Positions 1-14,256 of a DNA stretch of 64,000 bases are shown one piece after another (position 1 is the stretch's first letter; each line of letters begins with the position of its first letter). Source of the DNA: the human T2T-CHM13v2.0 reference genome, Homo sapiens; assembly GCF_009914755.1 (NCBI RefSeq), contig NC_060928.1; one strand, given 5' to 3'. The position numbers and the translations under genes were made by a program. The notes under the pieces were generated by a model that was not told the DNA's origin, made no database searches, and saw only the letters and a program-made list of their open reading frames with translations.

Positions 1-1780
1 TATCCGTTCAAGGTTTATTATGAGATTTAATCAATTCAATCACATCTTCAGGCTCCACTTCTAATTCTTGTTATCTTGCTATTTCCACCACATCTGTAGT
101 TACTTCTTCCACTGAAGTCTTAGACTCTTTAACGTCACCCATGAAGGTTGGAATCAACTTCTAAACTCTGGTTAGCATTGATATTTTGACAAATGTTCTT
201 AATGACATCTAAAATGCTGAATCTTTTCTAGAAGATTTTCAATTGACTTTGAAAGAAATACATTTCATAAGGCTAAAGCCATCCATTGTGATCAGAGGAA
301 TCACAATGGATGGCTGTAGCCTTATGAAATGTATTTCTTACATAACAGGAATTGAAAGTCAAAATTCCTCATTGATCCTTGGGCTGCAGAGTGGATACTG
401 TGTTAACAGGCTAAAAAACAAAATTAATCTTGTACATGTCCATCACAGCTCTTGGGGGACTAAGTGCGTTGTCAATGAACACTAATATTTTGATGGAATT
501 TTTTTTTCTGAGCAGTAGGTTTCAACAGTGGGCTTGAAATATTAAGTAAAACATGCTATAAATAGAAGTACTGTCATCCATGTTGTTTTGTTCCTTTGAT
601 AGAGCACAGACAGAGTAGATTTAGTATCTATAAGGGTCCTAGGATTTTCAGAATAGTAAATGAGCACTGGATTCAACTTAAGATAAGTAGGTATGTTAGT
701 TCCTATCAAGTAACTCATCCTATCCTTGAAAGGTTTAAGCCAGGCATTGCCATCTCTTCTCGTGTTTTGAAGTTTTAGATGGCATCCTTTTCTAATACAA
801 GGGATTTTGTCTACATTAAAAATCTGTTGTTTACTGTAGCCACCTTCATCAGTGATCTTAGCTAAATATTCTGGGTAACTTGCTGTAGATTCTGCATCAG
901 TACTTGATGCTTCACCTTGTCTTTTCATGTTATGGAAATGGCTTCTTTCTTTGAATCTCACGAATAAACCTTTGCTAGCTTCAAACTGTTCTTCTCCATC
1001 TTCCTCACCTCTCTCAGCCTTCACAGAATTGAAAAGAGTTAGGGTCTTCTTCTGGATTTGGCTTTGGCTTAAGGGAATGTTGTGGCTGTTTAGATCTATC
1101 CAGATGATAAAAATATTCTCCATGTCAGCAATAATGCTGCTGGTTTTCTTATTACTTATGTGTTATTTGGAGCAGCACTTTAATTTTCGTCAAGAACCTT
1201 TCCTTTGAATTCACAATTTGGCTATGTGTTTGGTGCAAAAGGCCTAGCTTTTGGTTGATCTTGGCTTTCATCATGCCTTTCTTATTTAGCTTAATCATTT
1301 CTAGCTTTCGATTTAAAGTGAGAGACATGTAGGTCTTCCTTTTACCCTCACACTCAGAGACCATTATAGGGTTAGTAATTGGCCTCATTTCAATATTGTG
1401 TCTCAGGCAATAGGGAAGCTTGAAGAGAGGAAGAGAGACAGGGAAATGGCTGCTTGGTGGAGTAGTTAGAACACACATTTACCAGTTAAGTTTACCATCT
1501 AATATGGGCTCAGTTTGTAGTGCCCCAAAACAATCACAACAGTTACATGAAAGATCACTGATCACAGGTTGCCATAACAGATATAATAATAATGAAAAGG
1601 TTTGAAATATTGCAAGAATTACAAAAATGTGACACAGAGATTTGAACTGAGCACATACTTTTGGAAAAATGATGCTGATAGACTTGCTCAATAGATGGTT
1701 ATCACAAATCTTCTATTTGTAAAAAATGAAATATTGGCAAAGTTTAAGAAAGCAAAGCCTAATAAAATGAGATATTCCTG
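1..1780 (-). mobile_element. Tigger1 DNA transposon (pogo/TcMar), decayed, truncated by window start
   Basis: Reverse complement of ~1745-1780 matches the Tigger1 terminal repeat (CAGG.AT..CTC.TTTTATT) followed by TA at 1781-1782. ORFs 1152..1478 (LNRKLEMIKL) and 542..1123 (FEASKGLFVRFKERSHFHN, EGGYSKQQIFNVD) are broken transposase remnants. Confidence 0.93.
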
Positions 1781-2136
1781 TAAAATCAACCCAGCCTGAG
1801 GAAAATAATCAGTGGATTTCTAGATTGGTCAATAGAGATTGCCACAAATAAAATGTAAAGAGATAAAAGAGTGGGAAAAAAGAGAGCAGAGTAACAAAAA
1901 GCTATGAGGCAATATCATCTGGTCTAACACATGTGTAATTAGAATATCAAAGGGAGAAGAAATAATGAGCAGAAGAAATTTTTTAAAAATGTGCCTAAGA
2001 ATTTTCTGAAATTAGTGACAGACACCAATCCACAGATCCAAAGAGCTGAGAGAACAACAAGCAGGACAAATTCCAAAAAGACACATCTACATATATCATA
2101 TTCAAACTGTTGAAAGCCAAGCAAGTGAGCAACCAA

Positions 2137-2139
<3 letters not shown>

Positions 2140-2183
<44 letters not shown>

Positions 2184-2206
2184 AGAGAGAGAGAGAGAGA
2201 GAGAGA
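2140..2206. repeat. Compound (CA)n(GA)n microsatellite
   Basis: Seen directly. Confidence 0.97.
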
Positions 2207-3367
2207 ATCTTAAGGTAGCTGGTATGGGGGTTATATAATTTATAATAGTACTTAAAATGAAATGCTTTGGTGTAACTAAATATAACAGAATGTGTGGAGA
2301 ATCTGTATGCTGAAAAGGAAATAAATCTGATGGAAAAAATAAAAGACAATCTAAATAAATGGAAAGCTACACAGGGTTAAGTATTTGAAACACTTAATAT
2401 TTGAGATGTCAATTCTTACCAAACTGATTTTTATCCCAACAAAAATCCCAACTAACTTCTGTAAATATTGACAAGCAGATTCAAAATGTATACGGAAAGG
2501 CAAAGGAACCAGATTAACCAAACAATTTTTATAAAGAAAAAAATTGTGAGGGGGATCTGACACTACTACATTATAGTACTATTATAAAGCTACAGCATTC
2601 AAGACTACAATATTAATGAAAGGATCAAGTCATAAATCAATGGAGCAGAATAAATATCTTAGAAATAGACCCACAAAATGTAGCCAACTGATTTTTCACA
2701 AATATAGAAATAGAAAAGGCATAGTCTTTTTAGCAAATGGTACTGAAGCAATTGAACTTCCATATGCGAAATAAATAAATGACACCTCGGCAGACACTTC
2801 ATGCCTAATATAAAAATAAACTCACAATGGATTATAGACCCAAATAGAAACATAAACTATAAAAGTTCTAGGAGAAGGAGGATTGCATGACCTTAGCAAT
2901 GAATTCTTAGGTATAGTGCAAAAGCATGAGCCATATGTTTTATAAATACAGTTTTTCTATTTATGTTTGATAAATAGAGTTTATCAAAATTAAAACATTT
3001 TGCTCTTCAAAATATATTCTAATGAAAGTGAAAATACAAACAACAGACTGGTAGAAAATATTTGCAAATTACATTAGAGATAAAGAACTTGTATCTAGAA
3101 ATGTAGAGAACATTTAACAATCACAAGAAAACAAACTACCTAACTAAGATGGGAAAGGTCTCAAACATTTTGAGAAAGAAAATAAACAGATGACAATCAA
3201 AACCATATTGAGTTACCTCTACACACATATCAGAATGGCGAAAACAAAACAAAACAAACATACAAAAATTGATAATAGCAAATGCTTGTGAGGATGCAGG
3301 AAACAGAAACTCTCCTTCATTGCTGTTGGGACTGCAAAATGGTATGTACAGCCACTTTGGAAACTGA

Positions 3368-3737
<370 letters not shown>

Positions 3738-6204
3738 CCATTGTTTAGTTTTTAACCTAGGTAAATTAGTAAAAGTCTGTGTGCACAAAACCTGAAACCT
3801 GTATGCAAATTTTTCTAAAAGCTTTATAATCACCACAAAGCAAAAATAACCAGGATTCCCTTTAACATATGAGTAGATTAACATGCTGCAAAGTACCTAT
3901 ACAAAGAAACATTACTCAGCACTAAAAAGAAACTGTTGATTCATACAACAATATGAAGAAATCTTGATTTCATTTTGCCAAATGAAAGCAGCAAGACCCA
4001 AAGGGCTGTATACTGTATAATTTCATTTACATGACATTTTGCTAAATGAGAAAAAAAAATCAGTTGTTGATCAGGACATTTAGTTTTGATCACTGGAGAG
4101 CACACAATGGAAATTTAGAATGAGGCAACTGTTTTATATGGTTCTGCAGTGATGTACAAATGACACTACGCATTTTTCAAAATTTCAGAAACCATACAAA
4201 ATAGTGCATTAAATGTACTCATATTAAAATAAAAACTAAGCTTTTGGAAATCCAAGGATGAAATGAAGACTGTGCCAAATAAATCTAAGTACAGGGTTTA
4301 ATCTCACTGAAGTGTGTGAGAGAAACAAGAAAGAGCTCACAATAACGTTGGGAACAATGTTTTGACTAGACCATAAAATTAAAGGCAGAAAGAACTTTAC
4401 ATAAGCACTTTATTTTAGCTGGTAATTTTGATCTCACAGGGTAAATTTAGCCATTCTGGAACTACAACTCCTAAAGTTGTACAAGTAAGTAAACAAAATG
4501 TAGACAGTTCACTACATGGAATGGAATGGGAACCAAATTCTTTATATCGAAAAAGGAAATTACAAATGAGCAAGTGGGAGAGGCTAGAATGACCACTGTG
4601 GCCATGAGTTACAATTGGAAATAAAAGATTGAGTTCTTGTTTCTTTTAATATGCATAAATATAAGTAAATACAGAAATACATATAAACGTGTGCATATGT
4701 ACATGTAACTTTCTCTCTCTTTCCAGAAAAAGTAAACAAGCAATGATAGTTCTATAGCAATGAGCACCACTGTTGTTTATATCATGGATTCTAAATATGA
4801 TTCTGCAATCATATTTAGAGAAATGACTGATTTCTTTGGTCATATTTGGAGAAAATATGGGGCTTGGGCAGGAAAAATACAAATGATTCTGGAGCATCCT
4901 CTGGTGCTAGAAAGCAAGCAAGGGCTGATAAATACATAAACATACAGATAAATACATAGGGCATGTCAAAGTGATCCAAGAGTTATCCTGAAACCTCAAA
5001 AAATCTCCCAAGACAACCCTAGAACAACTTGAGTAACAAAATAAACAATGTCATTATTGAATTACATCCATTAGATCAAATAAACACGTGCCCATACTGT
5101 TATAAATAATCAAATAAATTAATTGATGAAGAAAGGGAAAAGCTTCTTTACAAATGGTGAATGTAGAAGAATGGCAGAAATAACAAGTCAACAGGTCTGA
5201 AAATATCTCCCCAAAATATTTATTAAGTACTATGGTAGTTGAAACATATGCCTGTAAATTCTCTGATACTCCTCTCTCCATGGTGGAGCTTGAGGGTGGG
5301 TTAGATTTGTTAAGAAGCTTCTAATGAATAGAGCAGGAAAAGAGACAAAAGGCAGCTTTCCAGTGGAGAAATCTATCAGTCGCTAACTTAGCCATGGTGT
5401 CAAAGTAAGCCATCTCCAATAACAAATCATGTTGATATCAAGTTTCCCTGACATATTAGAAAAAGGCTTTAAATGATATTCTTCACAAAATCCATACCTC
5501 AGTTGCACTGTGAGAACCACAGAAACCCATATCAAGGGCCATTCTACAAAATACCTTCCAAAGTATATTGGTAATGAACAACAAGGAAAAACTGACAAAC
5601 TGTCACAAACTGGAGGAAACTAAGGGGATACGATGACTTAGTAATGTGGTAACCTGGACTGGATCCTGGAAATGAAAAAAAAATTAGGGGAAAATACAGG
5701 CAAATCCTAATGAAGTCTGTAACTTAGTTAATAGTATTATACCAATGGTAATTTTTTACTTTTAATAAATGTATCATGGTTATTCAAGATGTTAACATTA
5801 GGGGAAGCTAGATGAAGCATATATGAAAACTCTACAAGCTTTGCAACTCTTCTTTAAGGATTTAATCATTAAAAAATTAAAAATAAATGAAAAAAACAGC
5901 TGCAACAATGGTCTATACGTTGAGAATTTCAAAAAGATGCTGTTTACTTTGGGATTCAAGTAAAAACACTATAGTTGTTAAACCCTAGAGTACTCTTGAA
6001 AAAGACGGTTTTGTACACTTTAAACTGAAAGAGTATAGGAAAAATAATTTCACTCTTACAGCTAGGAAACAAAAGGGAACAAATACAAATGGGATAATTA
6101 TTGAAGTTTCTGCAAGGGGGAATAAATCGCTCAATGTCCCTTCATTGCATAAAGGCAAAGTTCTCTAATTATTAAAGAAAAAAACCTCAACATTTTGATT
6201 GATA

Positions 6205-6430
6205 GGCCCTGTGACATCTGTCATACATCTTGACATTGTTACCTAACTTCTCCCTGGGACTGAATAACTATCAGGTGCCGGGTACCGCTAATAAACCTCA
6301 AACACTTTGCATGCCCCAGTGCATAACTGTCGCCCTCAGACTCTTAATTGAGAAACATTCTTTCCTCCTTTGTGACATCACATCCACTAACCAAATGGGG
6401 TGGTGTGAGTATCTCCTATAAAATAAAAGC
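6205..6430 (+). promoter_or_regulatory. Candidate ADAM29 promoter
   Basis: Non-repetitive, locally GC-richer island with TGACATCTGTCA (6212-6223), TGACAT (6231), TAACTG (6324), CRE-like TGACATCA (6373-6380) and TATA-like TATAAAA (6417-6423). Position agrees with my recollection that ADAM29 starts ~57 kb upstream of its CDS. Inference. Confidence 0.5.
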
Positions 6431-6485
6431 TCTCCTGATGGCCTGTTCCTGCACATTTCCTGAGGACGCCCTCGATCACAAGCAG
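6381..6485 (+). other. ADAM29: Candidate first non-coding exon of ADAM29
   Basis: Donor candidates CAG|GTTATA (6485/6486) and GGT|GTGAGT (6404/6405) within or just downstream of the motif cluster. The start is approximate and cannot be determined from sequence. Confidence 0.4.
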
Positions 6486-7375
6486 GTTATAGCTATTTAA
6501 ACCTTGCCTTACCTGTACTCTTTACACAAATTGAAGGTCAAAGAAGTAGTCATACTTCTGGGCATAGATTAAACTGATTTTGTAATACTGTTTAGGCTGA
6601 ACCTATCAGTTTCAGACTAAACCCTCCAAATATCTGCCCAAACTTGCCCCATACCCTCTAAAACCAAGGCCTAACAAAGCACTAAAATCAATAGATGAAA
6701 ACCTAATTGAGAAATGAATCATGAAACTTTGTACTATTCCTTGTAGTACTTCTCTAAATTTAAAAAAAAAGAAAAAGAAAAAAAAACACAGGGCAGTGAT
6801 ATAAATTTGTTCAGAATCTCAGGAGTATAAATTGAATAATGATCTCCCACTTCTCTGTAGTAACAAATTCAAATATTATTTTGTCTTTGGTGCATAATGA
6901 AATTGCATATTTTACAGCTGTAAATCTGTTTTCTGTTCCTTTAGAATCTGTTTAATTCAGAGTCATATGTTTGCTTTCTTCTGAGAAATTCGATAACGTA
7001 CACTGGTAATTATGACTTAGGGCTTATTGAGATATTGTCTTAATTTTTAAAAGTCTTTAACCAGGGCCTCAAGGAACTTACATTTCCCTATATTCTACCA
7101 TACTTTGTGGCATTCTAAAGTTTAGCTGAGCTCTAGGACTGACTCCATCCATCTAATTACTTGTTTTATCTCTAATAGTCTATAAACTTTCTGATGGGGA
7201 CTAAAATTTTTTCTCAAAGTAAAGTGTATCATCTGAAGCATAATATATCCCAAGGAGGTAAATTTCTCTTTTCTGAAAGATCATAACCATTCAGAATTTT
7301 TCTAGTTAGTAACCAGGAGATTTTAGAGATGATTCTTTGGGTCTCATTCACTATAGCCAACAATGGGTTTCCAAA

Positions 7376-7956
7376 TGTATTCATTTTCTGTGGCTAGATA
7401 TTAAATTAGCACAGAGTTAGGCGCAAAAAGCAACACACATTTATCACACCACAGTTTCTGTGGATGAGGAGTTTGGGTAAGGCTTAACTAGGTCCTTTGT
7501 TCAGGGTCTCACAAGCCGAAATCAAGGCATTAGCCACGTTGCAGTTCTCTTCTGGAGCTCAAAGTTCTCTTCCAAGCTCATTAATGTTGGTAGAATTTAG
7601 TTACTTGTGGTTGTAGCATCAAGGTCCTCTCCTTTTAGAGGCTCCCCCTCTTTACTGGCAGCTTTCAATACAGCTGTTTCTCTTTAAGGCTAGCTAGAGA
7701 TTCTTTTGCTTTTATGGCTTTCACCTGATTAAGTCAGTGCCCATCCAGAATAATGTCCCTTTTGAATCAAAGTCAACTAATTAGAGATCTCAGTTACAGC
7801 GGCAAAACCCTTTCACCTTTTCTGTGTTACATAATCCAATCACTCAAGTGACATTTATCATATTCAAAGATCCTACTTATATTCAAGGGAGAGGGTTATA
7901 CAAGAACATGCACATCTGGGCATTTTAGGAGTCATTTTCTTATTCTGTCTGCCACG
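7376..7956 (-). mobile_element. MLT1 (E/F/G-like) MaLR solo LTR
   Basis: tgtattcattttctgtggct...cacagtttctgtgg...tattctgtctgccacg, typical MLT1 ends. Confidence 0.8.
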
Positions 7957-8701
7957 TTGACTTTCAGAAATTGACACAATACTGTATCACTTAACCAAAT
8001 CTTTGTTAATCAAATCTCTTATCTGAGAATTTATGCATATATAGGCATTTCATGCTTTAAAAATTAGCCCTTCAACAACCTCTCATTATGAGCCTGCGTC
8101 ATCATGAATCATGTTACCTATTCATACATAAAAGATCTGAACAAGTCAAATATCTCTTCCATCTCAACAAACCAGTATCATGCAACTATTTTTCTACTAA
8201 CCCAATGTCAAAATCCTACTTTCCTAAGCTGAAAGCAGAAGTTGAAACTTGATGGAGGCTTCTACTAACAGTTTTACTTTCTACCTTAAACTTAATGGTT
8301 CCCTATTTTGCCAGTCTTTGCTGCCCATTAAAAGTATGCAATATTTCCTAAGAAAGTAGGCTTACTTTCTAAAATTGAATTACTTTCTTCTTTCCATGTT
8401 TCTGTTCATCACTGTAATACTTTAAATACTATTAATCTTCTTCCATTAGAAGAGGGAAGCTCATGGCCCCCTAACCACTGCTTCCTGAATATCTAGTAAA
8501 TTTATTAAAACACGCTAATAAATTAATTAAAGCATGCCCAGAAATCCAGATTTAATCTTGATTTGTTTGTAGGTCATATCCTAAGAATGAAACCAGAAAA
8601 TATCAGGCAGAAAACACTGGAACAAATTTTAACTCACCATTTTGACCCCTTTCCAGAAATGAAAATATTCTTAGATAACATAATTGTTTCCATTCCCATA
8701 G

Positions 8702-8807
8702 CTTGCTGGATGAATAAAGGAAAGAAGGTTTATATACACTAATAATAGAAATGTTTTGGGATGTTTCATGATTTCGAAAAGCTTCAGAGAAAATAAAGAT
8801 GCTTAAT
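8702..8807 (+). other. ADAM29: Candidate non-coding 5'UTR exon of ADAM29 (alternative starts 8573, 8657 or 8702)
   Basis: Acceptors tttgtttgtag|, ccctttccag| and ttcccatag|, with donor AAT|GTAAGT at 8807/8808, in unique sequence. Confidence 0.5.
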
Positions 8808-9110
8808 GTAAGTATCTTTGCAGTAAGATAATGTAATTATCTTACATTATCCATAATTTAGAATGGTTAGCAGATTAAAAGTATTTTAATAACTCTAATG
8901 GTTCCTAAGAAGTTGACTATTATCAAGGTGGATATCAGTTCAAAAAGGGACATCATCAAAGCAAAAGAAAATGTCGATTGATCATTACACCAATGGGTAG
9001 TTCTCACCAAGATCTCTAACCCACAACACTCAGAGACTACATCTTTGAAGAAGTTCAAAGAGAATATTATACTATGCCAGTCTTTGGTTCTACAGTAAGA
9101 AAACTAGAAT

Positions 9111-9273
9111 AATAAGCACAATGGAATTGTCACCAGAAAGTATAAACAAGATGAGTATAAACAAAATTTATAAACAAGATGTAAACAAACACGTTTTTAA
9201 AAACCTGTATTTATGAAAACAGTCAATCAACTCAAATGTTACATACAATTTTTCAACAAGAGAAATAAAAGCT
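9111..9273 (+). repeat. Copy 1 of a diverged local direct duplication
   Basis: Colinear with 10183-10320 (aataagca...tgtcac...taaacaag.tgtaaacaaa...tttttaaaaac...tgttacatac...tttcaacaagagaaa..aaagct). Confidence 0.85.
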
Positions 9274-10182
9274 ATAATATGAAAATCACCTCTGGCCCAC
9301 TTAGAGTGGCTTCTGGTGGCCCCAAGTGAAGTCTTCTTAAAAAGGCATGTGACATTACGCACACATGTAGGACAAACTGGCCTCTGTACTCAACCAACAT
9401 CAGTGAGAAAATGAATTTCATTTCCTGTTGCTGGACTACTCTTTATGCATGGTGCCAAAGAATTATAATATTATCTGACAAACCCATATGGGCATTTTGG
9501 CCAAAACCAGATCATTGAATGGTCCCCAACAACCAATTTCCAGATGGACGCACAAAAGCCTACTGCCTATTATCCAAAAAGTGAACAGGAATATGTTACC
9601 ATGTTAAACTGATATCCACCTTAAGGATAGTGGCTAACAATGTCAACTCACATATATTTTGATCCATCAGTTTCCCGTCTCAGTAAAAGATTAATATGCT
9701 TTCTTTGTATGTTTTACATAAATTGAATCATTTTTAAAAGCTTTACTAAATATGTAATATATGGAAGGTGTATTATTAACTGCTACAGGAAATACCTGTG
9801 GGAATAAGTTGTGTGTGTGTGCACATGTATACACACATACATGTGTGGTTAAATTTCAAAATTTCTTCCAAGCTATAGGTAAATTTTCAAATGACTTTTA
9901 TTTTCGTATGTAGTTCAAAATGTGGAATGATAAGATAAAGAAATGATACTTTAGGAAGCCAGACTTATCAGGTATTATAACAATTAATTTAAAGTTCAAA
10001 CTCAATTGAAATCACTCTATTGAGTCTCCAACTACTAAATTAGTTAATGATTCTTTTTAACCTTTGGGATCTTGGTTTGATGGAAGTGAATATAAGTATC
10101 AAAATTCCTTAAATATTTCCAATATGAAGACAAGTTTAAATCATATATAAAATTCAAATAAAGGTCTGTCACCAGGAACATT

Positions 10183-10320
10183 AATAAGCATAATGTAACT
10201 GTCACTATAAAGTCTTAATAAACAAGTTGTAAACAAAATACAATTTTTAAAAACTGTGTTGATGACAATAGCTTATCAACTTGAATGTTACATACACTCT
10301 TTCAACAAGAGAAAAAAGCT
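10183..10320 (+). repeat. Copy 2 of a diverged local direct duplication
   Basis: See 9111-9273. Confidence 0.85.
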
Positions 10321-10700
10321 GAGCAAACTGAAATCAATGAATTTTATTGGACCCATTAGAGAACTGAAGTCATAGAGCAAATCATCATCCTGAAATCTGG
10401 AGACAGGCAAATACAGAGGGTCATAACTGGAGTCTGCTTATTTGGAGCAGAAGTTTCCAAAGCCATAAACTGGTAGTAACATTTATAAGGTAATTCTTCT
10501 GAACTGCTGAAGCTTTTTGATGAGGCTGAGTTTCAATCAGCACGAGCATAAGAAACTCAGAGGTACCATTTATGGAGGCTTCCATACTTTGGTGGGTTTT
10601 TACTTCTAGGAACCCCACCAACTTATCATTGTGAAGAGGTAAGAGAGAGACCCTCACGGCTGTGACAGTGGGTAGAGAAAGTTACCATTTGAAATATTTG
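10321..10700 (+). mobile_element. Old L1 5'-end fragment (L1MD/L1M-like)
   Basis: gaactgaagtcatagagcaaatcatcatcctgaaatctggagacaggc resembles ancient L1 5'UTR consensus. Confidence 0.6.
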
Positions 10701-11068
10701 AAACCATTTTTATTTTATTTTTATAAAATAAATATTTTTATCCTAAAAAATATTTATTCTGTTAGTTATTTTATCCCCCCACTATCACATTCTTGTGATA
10801 ATCACATCTTTTAAATCTGTAAGCAATGTTATCTTTTAATATAATCTTTGAAATATAATCTTCGAAATCTCACAAAAATTTATATTTTATAATTCACCGT
10901 GAATAGCAAAGCCAAAAGAATAACCCACTATTTCCTATACTCAAACATGTTACACATCAACCCAAAAGAAAAAAGACACGAAACCAAAACCAAGGAAACA
11001 CATATGCTTAGTTAGGAGTTAAAGTTACTCAAGCTCTCCAAATAAAACATACAAATTATTAGCATTAA

Positions 11069-11369
<301 letters not shown>

Positions 11370-11533
11370 TAATTTAATACAATTATAACTTAAATGGCCA
11401 CTTTGTCATTGACAATGATTGCTTGAGCACAGGGTGAGTGCCCCATAAGCTGTTAGGAGCTGTTTCTTCAGATCAATGTCTCCTCTCTGCACTGCCAGCT
11501 CCTACCTGTGCATCATCCCCTATATACTGTGCA

Positions 11534-11535
<2 letters not shown>

Positions 11536-11578
<43 letters not shown>

Positions 11579-11585
11579 TATATAT
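11536..11585. repeat. (TA)n(CA)n microsatellite
   Basis: Seen directly. Confidence 0.95.
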
Positions 11586-12045
11586 CTTTAAAAAATATTT
11601 TCCACCACACATACTTCCTTTCATTAATCAGATAACAGGGAAGAACAACAACAAAATCTGAACAAGCCGATCACTTTCTCTTTGGGATATGATTTTTTTC
11701 CTTGTGCATGAAGTATTCAGCAACAACGTAAGAAAGGGAAAAGAAGAACCATTTCTTGTGTATACTCCCTAAACACACAAGCCTAGTCCACTGGGTGGGA
11801 TATAACTGTATTTATATGCCTACCTCCAGGCATGGTCACTTGATGTTTCACTACTACTGGTTGCTGTGTCTAAGTTCTCACACTCTGCTTGACAAGTGCT
11901 TCTTTAAGGGGATAACAGGCTAGAACTGCAGCTCTGCAAGAAGTCATTCTTCCCAAGGCCACTTCTTCTCAGCTTCTCTGTCTTCATGAATTCTTTGAGC
12001 TCAATCTTCTGTGAGAAGAAGGCAGTTGTCTTCATTTTCAGGATA

Positions 12046-13430
12046 GAAGACACTGTTAAGAGAATGAACAGAGTAGTCACAGACTGAGGGAAATATGCAA
12101 AAATACAAAAGAAATTACTTTATTGTAAATCATACCTAACACTCAACAATAATAGTACAGACAACTCAATTAAAAAATGAGCAAAAGATCTGACAGACAT
12201 GTCATCAAAGAACATGTACAGATAGCAAATAAGCATAGGAAAATTTTATCAAAACATTTGTCTTTAGGAAATTGCAAATTAAGACAAAATGCTGCTACAT
12301 ACTTGTTAAAGAGGTTAAAATTTAAAAAATTGGACAATACCAATATGTGGTAAGGATGCAGTGCAACAGGAACTCTCATTCACTGCTAGTTTTGGAAGAC
12401 AGCTTGGGAGTTTCTTACAAAGTTAGAGATAGTCTTACCTCAACATCCAGAAATTATACTCTTGAATATTAATGCAACTGACTTGAAAACTTATGTCTAC
12501 ACAAAAACCTGCATGTCAATGTATATAGCAGCTTTATTCATAATCATCAGAAAGTGTAAGTCACAAGATAGCCTTCAGTATGCTAATGAATAAACAAACT
12601 ACGACATATCAATACAATGGATACTGTTTAGTGATAAAAAGAAATGAACCATTAAGCAATGAAAAGACATGGATGAACCTGAAGTGCATAATAGTAGGTG
12701 AAAAAAGCCAGTCTGAAAAGGCTACATGGTATATCATTTCAGTTATATGAGATTTTAGAAAGGCAGTAAAAAGACCATTAAAAGACTATTGTATGTTAGG
12801 AGTCTGGAGAAGCATAATTCTCCACTTCTTCCATGTGGGCTATGCAAGTTGACACCCTTTCAAAGGCTACAGTGTGGACAATGGAAAAAGTAACTTTACA
12901 TTAGAGAAATGGACAAATCTACCTAAGCCCGATGATGAAGGCCAACATTAACTGTGACAAGGAATGTCGATAGCAGTTGCCTTGATATGATAAAAGGCAC
13001 TTTCCCTTTGTGGCCTTCCAAATATGTATAAATTATTCTAACCATCAAACACTAATTGAGGGACATTCAACAAAATACCTTCCCAGTACTCCTCAAGATT
13101 GTCAAAGTCATTAAAAACAAGGAAAGGGCAAAACTGCAATAGCCAAAGAAGCTGAAAAAGACATGACTAATTGTGATGTGGTGTCCTGGATGGGACCTTG
13201 GAATCACAAACAGACATTAGCAAAAAATTAAGGAAATCTGACAAAAGGCATGGATTTAATAACGAGGTGTTAATATTGGTTCTTTCATTGTGAAACATGT
13301 ATTATATAATGTAAGATGTTTCTAATAGGAGAAAGTGGGTATGGAGATACATGAAACTGTGCTATCTTTGCATTTTTTTTTTCTGTAAATTAAAACGGTT
13401 TTAAAAAACAAAGTTTATATTAAAAATATT
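12046..13430 (+). mobile_element. L1MC-type ORF2 3' end and 3'UTR
   Basis: gaagacactgttaagagaatg...caggaactctcattcactgct...aaaacttatgtctacacaaaaacctgca...; same 3'UTR family as 5200-5890. Confidence 0.85.
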
Positions 13431-14159
13431 TAAAATGTCATGACCATCTGCCTCTTGTCATATAGCCATGCCTCCATGGCTAAGACATATAGGAGTAATT
13501 AAATGGTTCTTTTATTAAAGAAAGGAAGAAAGGAAATATCTTACAATGTGATAGAGGAAGTCACTTTAAACTATGCAGTTTTCCCTTTCAGAACCGTCCA
13601 ATTCAAATGTTCTCTGACAGAATTTGTTTACATTATTAATTCTGAGAGTCTTGATAACTCTTATACTTGAGCCAAAATTAAAATGCCAGGAGAAGTATCC
13701 ATTTCAAAGGGAAAAGGAAGTGGCTACCCACGTAGTTTCGTAAAGACTTGTGCTCCTGAGAAACAAAGAAGTGAACCAGACAGAAGATAAAATGCTAGAT
13801 GAAAATTGATGATAATAATTGCTTGAGAAGGCTTAGAAAAATAGAAAATCACAGTGGGCACTTTCTGTTTTCCTTGCTTGCTGAAAGACAAATAGAAACA
13901 AAGTATCAGGTACAGATGCTTCTGATATGGGATCACACAATAACAACACTGCTTCAGACACACTCTAATGAAAGTCAGCTTTCTTTCAAATCATTTTAAA
14001 AAAAATTGTATCCTTTATTTCCTATTTTGTGTAAAAAAAGGAGTATGGATCTTTATACAGATAGAGTGAAGTGGAGATTTGCAAAACCACTGAAGTATTT
14101 TAAAGATTGTAAAATAATCATAATAACAATTATGTATTGAATAAGAATGGTAGTCACTG

Positions 14160-14256
14160 CCCTAAATATTTAACCTGGTTTATCGTATTTAACTTCCCAA
14201 ACCACTGTATGAGGTAGACATTACTATTATCATTCCCATTTTACAAAAGAAAAAAC
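14160..14256 (-). mobile_element. MIR fragment
   Basis: tatgaggtagacattactattatcattcccattttacaaaagaaaaaac, MIR core in reverse. Confidence 0.7.

Noticed and set aside
542-1478. 193 aa and 108 aa transposase-like ORFs as a domesticated TIGD-like gene
   Set aside because: They are frameshifted, stop-interrupted parts of an ordinary Tigger1 copy.
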